From: Planctomycetota bacterium
Lineage (GTDB): Bacteria; Planctomycetota; UBA1135; UBA2386
Assembly (NCBI GenBank): GCA_016872675.1
Contig: VGZG01000003.1
Location: 175-64,174 of the forward strand
DNA length: 64,000 nucleotides
Direction: 5' to 3'
Shown here: piece after piece, positions 61,142 to 64,000 of the stretch
Position numbering within the stretch: the stretch's first letter is position 1
How the letters are laid out: each line of letters begins with the position of its first letter
Program-made: the position numbers and the translations under genes
The notes under the pieces: generated by a model
Seen by the model: the letters and a program-made list of their open reading frames with translations, nothing else
Databases searched by the model: none
Told to the model about the DNA's origin: nothing

Positions 61142-64000
61142 GCTACGCCCTCGTCCTTGGCCGTCGCCTTGCCGGCGGCCTTCGGGCGCCCCCTGCTCCT
61201 GACGCGCCGACGGGTCGTCGCCGCCGCGGCGGCCGAAGCGCGCGAGCCGAGCCGCTCGCGCAGGAACCGGCCGGTGTGGCTCGCGGCGCACGCCGCGGCA
61301 GCCTCTGGCGTGCCTACGACGACGATACGCCCGCCGCCCGCCCCGGCTTCCGGTCCCATCTCGATGACGTGGTCGGCGGCGGCGATGACGTCGAGGTGGT
61401 GCTCGATCACCACCACCGAATCGCCACGCGCGAGCAGGCGGTCGAGCACCGCCAGCAACTTGCGCACGTCGTCGGCGTGCAGGCCCGTGGTCGGTTCGTC
61501 GAGCACGTAAACCGTGTGCTCGCGCGGCCGGCGCGCCAGCTCGGCGACCAGCTTGATGCGCTGCGCCTCGCCGCCCGAGAACGTGTTGGCTGGCTGACCG
61601 AGCGTCAGGTAGCCGAGGCCGACATCGGCCAGCAGCTGCAGCGGTCGCACGATGTGCTTGTGGTTGCCGAAGAACGCCAGCGCCTCATCGACGTCCATGC
61701 CGAGGACCTGGCTGATGTCCTTGCCGCGGTACTGCGCCGACAGGGTCTCGGCGTTGTAGCGGCGGCCGCGACACTGTTCGCACGTCACCCATACGTCGGC
61801 GAGGAAGTGCATCTCGACCAGGATCTGGCCCTTGCCCTCGCACTGGCCACAGCGGCCGTCGCTGACGTGGAACGAGAAGCGACCGGGCCCGAAGCCCTTC
61901 TGCTTGGCGAGCGGTGTCGCCGCGAAAAGCTCGCGGATCGCAGTGAACGCGCCGGTGTACGTCGCCGGGTTGCTCGACGGCGAGCTGCCGATCGGGCTCT
62001 GGTCGACGACAACGAGCGCGTGCGGCCTCGCCTCGCCGTCGGCCCAGTCGATCGTGACGCGGCCGTCGCGCAGGCCAGGCACCAGCGCGTCCATCACCAG
62101 CGACGATTTGCCGGAGCCGGATACGCCGGTGACCGCGGTGAAGCAGCCGAGCGGCACGTCGACGTCGACGCCGCGCAGGTTGTGCACGGTGACGCCGCGC
62201 AGCGCCGCGTTGCCCTTCGGCACGCGCCGCTGCTCGCGGATCGTCGGCGCCAGCTCGCCGCGCAGCCAACGTCCGGTCACGGTGTCGGTGGCGGCGACCG
62301 CTGCCGGCGCGCCGTGCGCGACGACGCGGCCGCCGCGCACGCCCGCGCCGGGCCCCATGTCGACGACGCAGTCGGCGGCGCGCACCATGACCTCGTCGTG
62401 CTCGACCGCGAGCACGGTGTTGCCGAGGTCGCGCAGATCGAGCAACGTGCGCAACAAGCGCTCGGTGTCGCGTGGATGCAGGCCCACCGTCGGCTCGTCG
62501 AGCACGTACAGCACGCCGACCAGCCGGTTGCCGAGCTGGGTGGCGAGGCGGATGCGCTGCGCTTCGCCGCCCGACAGCGTCGACGCCGAGCGGTCGAGCG
62601 TCAGGTAGCCGAGTCCCGTGTCGCGCAGGAACGTCAGGCGGTTGTGCAGCTCCTTGAGCACGTCCTGGGCGATGCGCTTCTCGTTCGCGTTCAGCTTCCA
62701 CGCCGCGAGCCGCGCCAGCGCCATGTCGACGGTGTCAGCGAGGACCTCCGGCAGGCGCGCGCCGCCGACGCGCACCGCGCGCGGGCCCGGCAGCAACCTT
62801 TCGCCGGCGCATTCGGGGCACGGCTGGCTCCGCATCACCGCGCCAAAGCGCGGATCGCCGGCATCGTCGCCTTCCTTGCCGAGGAACCACTCCTCGACCT
62901 GGCGCGCGAGCCCCTTCCACGCCACCTGCATGCGCCACTCGCGGCGGCTGCCGCCGCCGTCCTTCTTGAACACCACCTCGAAGCGCTCGTCGCCGGCGCC
63001 GCGCAGCAGCAGCTTGCGCACGTCGGGGGACAGCTTGCGCCACGGCTTGCTCAGGTCGAAGCCGCGCCGCGCGGCCAATGCCTGCGCCACCTCGGCGAAG
63101 TACCCGTCGCGCCCGACCAGGAAGCTGAACGCCGCGCCAGGGTGCTGGATGGCGCCACCGAAGGCCGGCTTGTCCGGATGGTTGACGAGCAGTTCCTCAG
63201 CGCACACCACGACGTTGCCAAGGCCAAGGCAACTCGGGCAGGCGCCGCTGTGGTGGTTGAACGAGAACCAGCGCGGATGCACCTCGCGCGGGGCCTCGTA
63301 GCCGCACAGGTGGCAGCCAGCCTCGGCGCGGAACCAATGCCGCGCCCCCTTGTCGTCGCCGTCGGCGAGTTGCACCACCGCGGCGGCAGCGCCGCCGTGC
63401 GCCCCGGCGGCCGCCTGCGCCTGCTCGATCGCGTCGGCGAGGCGCGCGCGATCGCCGACCGTCGCACGATCGAGCACGAGAAAGAGTTCGCTCGGCGCGA
63501 CCTTGCCCCACGGCTCGTCGATGCGGCGCTCGACGCCGTCGATTAGCGCGCGCACGTGGCCGGCCGCCTGCCACTCACGGCGCAGCGCCTCGAGCCAGCC
63601 CGCCGCGGCGTCCGGCGGGACCGCGATCGGCGCCAGCACGAACACGCGCCGGCCCGGCCAGTCGCCGACGCAACGCGCCGCGGCCTTGCTCGGCGACCAC
63701 GCCGCGAGTTCCTGGCCGTGCGTCGGACAGTGCGCGCGGCCGATGCGCGCGTACAGCAGGCGCAGGTAGTCGTGGATCTCGGTCGTAGTCGCCACCGTCG
63801 ACCGCGGGCTGCGCGCGGTGCGCTTCTGATCGATCGCGATCGCCGGGCCGAGGCCGTCGATGCGGTCGCACGGCGCCCGGTCCATGCGGCCGAGGAAGCG
63901 GCGCGCGTACGTCGACATGCTCTCGAGGAAGCGGCGCTGCCCTTCCTGGAAGATCGTGTCAAAGGCGAGGCTCGACTTGCCGGATCCCGACGGGCCGGTG
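61138..64000 (-). CDS. uvrA: Excinuclease ABC subunit A (UvrA), 5' end outside window; basic C-terminal tail
   Basis: The reading frame continues upstream of the track's Met to the window edge (...TGPSGSGKSSLAFDTIFQEGQRRFLESMSTYARRFL). Motifs present: 'AIAIDQK', two 'LSGGEAQRI' signatures, the second Walker A 'GVSGSGKSSL', and zinc modules 'CPECAGERL' and 'CGQCEGKG...CEQCRGRRY'. Confidence 0.9.
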   Translation of the reverse strand, partial: TGPSGSGKSSLAFDTIFQEGQRRFLESMSTYARRFLGRMDRAPCDRIDGLGPAIAIDQKRTARSPRSTVATTTEIHDYLRLLYARIGRAHCPTHGQELAAWSPSKAAARCVGDWPGRRVFVLAPIAVPPDAAAGWLEALRREWQAAGHVRALIDGVERRIDEPWGKVAPSELFLVLDRATVGDRARLADAIEQAQAAAGAHGGAAAAVVQLADGDDKGARHWFRAEAGCHLCGYEAPREVHPRWFSFNHHSGACPSCLGLGNVVVCAEELLVNHPDKPAFGGAIQHPGAAFSFLVGRDGYFAEVAQALAARRGFDLSKPWRKLSPDVRKLLLRGAGDERFEVVFKKDGGGSRREWRMQVAWKGLARQVEEWFLGKEGDDAGDPRFGAVMRSQPCPECAGERLLPGPRAVRVGGARLPEVLADTVDMALARLAAWKLNANEKRIAQDVLKELHNRLTFLRDTGLGYLTLDRSASTLSGGEAQRIRLATQLGNRLVGVLYVLDEPTVGLHPRDTERLLRTLLDLRDLGNTVLAVEHDEVMVRAADCVVDMGPGAGVRGGRVVAHGAPAAVAATDTVTGRWLRGELAPTIREQRRVPKGNAALRGVTVHNLRGVDVDVPLGCFTAVTGVSGSGKSSLVMDALVPGLRDGRVTIDWADGEARPHALVVVDQSPIGSSPSSNPATYTGAFTAIRELFAATPLAKQKGFGPGRFSFHVSDGRCGQCEGKGQILVEMHFLADVWVTCEQCRGRRYNAETLSAQYRGKDISQVLGMDVDEALAFFGNHKHIVRPLQLLADVGLGYLTLGQPANTFSGGEAQRIKLVAELARRPREHTVYVLDEPTTGLHADDVRKLLAVLDRLLARGDSVVVIEHHLDVIAAADHVIEMGPEAGAGGGRIVVVGTPEAAAACAASHTGRFLRERLGSRASAAAAATTRRRVRSRGRPKAAGKATAKDEGVA

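Noticed and set aside
57540-63546. Plus-strand ORFs 57540-59504 (654 aa), 59888-61510 (540 aa) and 61276-63546 (756 aa)
   Set aside because: They are antisense to the XPB partner, XPB and uvrA, all of which carry unambiguous helicase/ABC motifs. Their composition is shadow-like.
61138-64000. Calling the UvrA a class II (UvrA2-type, UvrB-binding-domain-less) drug-resistance paralog
   Set aside because: The visible part plus the edge-truncated N-terminus is at least ~950 aa. It retains sequence collinear with the UvrB-binding and insertion regions (…LAPIAVPP…ALIDGVERRIDE…VLDRATVG…CHLCGYE…FSFNHHSGACPSCLGLG…). It therefore looks like a full-length class I architecture. Only a phylogeny can settle this.
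1-64000. Search for tRNA/rRNA genes, CRISPR arrays, IS elements, integrases or prophage genes
   Set aside because: No intergenic gap is long enough for such elements or shows cloverleaf-like T-arm sequences. I saw no regularly spaced repeats beyond the single 30-nt duplication at 52839-52890. I recognised no transposase, integrase or phage motifs in any frame I judged to be coding.

Overview
This is a gene-dense chromosomal segment with very high G+C: hand counts of sample lines give about 70%, with one gene near 60%. I call 46 protein-coding genes and 2 intrinsic terminators. I found no rRNA, tRNA, CRISPR array, transposase or integrase.

All functional names come from motifs I recognised by eye in the translations. 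No database search was possible.

Because of the G+C content, most long ORFs in the supplied track are Arg/Ala/Gly/Pro-rich shadow frames or over-extended N-termini. I re-set several starts, including GTG starts. I also recovered one large real gene (1-3787, minus strand) that the track omits because it runs off the window edge.

Gene content from left to right:
1. A tightly coupled T2SS/T4P-like pseudopilin and assembly operon (1-12472, minus). It encodes an FHA protein, a PilM-PilN fusion, a PilO-like protein, a TPR-LamG protein, a GspG-like protein, a LamG-pseudopilin and a giant GspK-like protein.
2. rsmE, an orphan secreted 744-aa protein, rlmI and a NUDIX CoA pyrophosphatase.
3. rpmI-rplT-(terminator/attenuator)-pheS-pheT.
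4. A five-gene putative sulfur-relay operon: membrane protein, TusA-like, DsrE-like, TusA-OsmC fusion and a MetE-like Zn methyltransferase.
5. An S46 peptidase.
6. Three paralogous ATP-grasp ligases flanking glgA and coupled to an MFP-RND exporter, followed by an Sfp-type PPTase.
7. A BNR-propeller/sialate-O-acetylesterase fusion, a DUF1549/DUF1553 + DUF1501 pair, and an ECF sigma factor coupled to a Ser/Thr kinase.
8. A housekeeping array: aroD-aroE fusion, DUF2520, spoVG with a zinc-ribbon insertion, ispE, folK-panC fusion and pssA.
9. A second RsmE-family paralog and a lower-GC FAD oxidoreductase.
10. A coupled uvrA - XPB helicase - XPB-partner operon that runs off the right edge.

The DUF1501/DUF1553 pair, the ECF-kinase pair, the fused AroDE and the many pseudopilins suggest a PVC/Planctomycetota-like organism. 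That assignment is an inference.

The best candidates for an undescribed system are:
- the ATP-grasp x3 / glgA / RND cluster;
- the UvrA-XPB-partner module;
- the atypical FHA/LamG-rich pseudopilin operon;
- the TusA/DsrE/OsmC/MetE-like operon.
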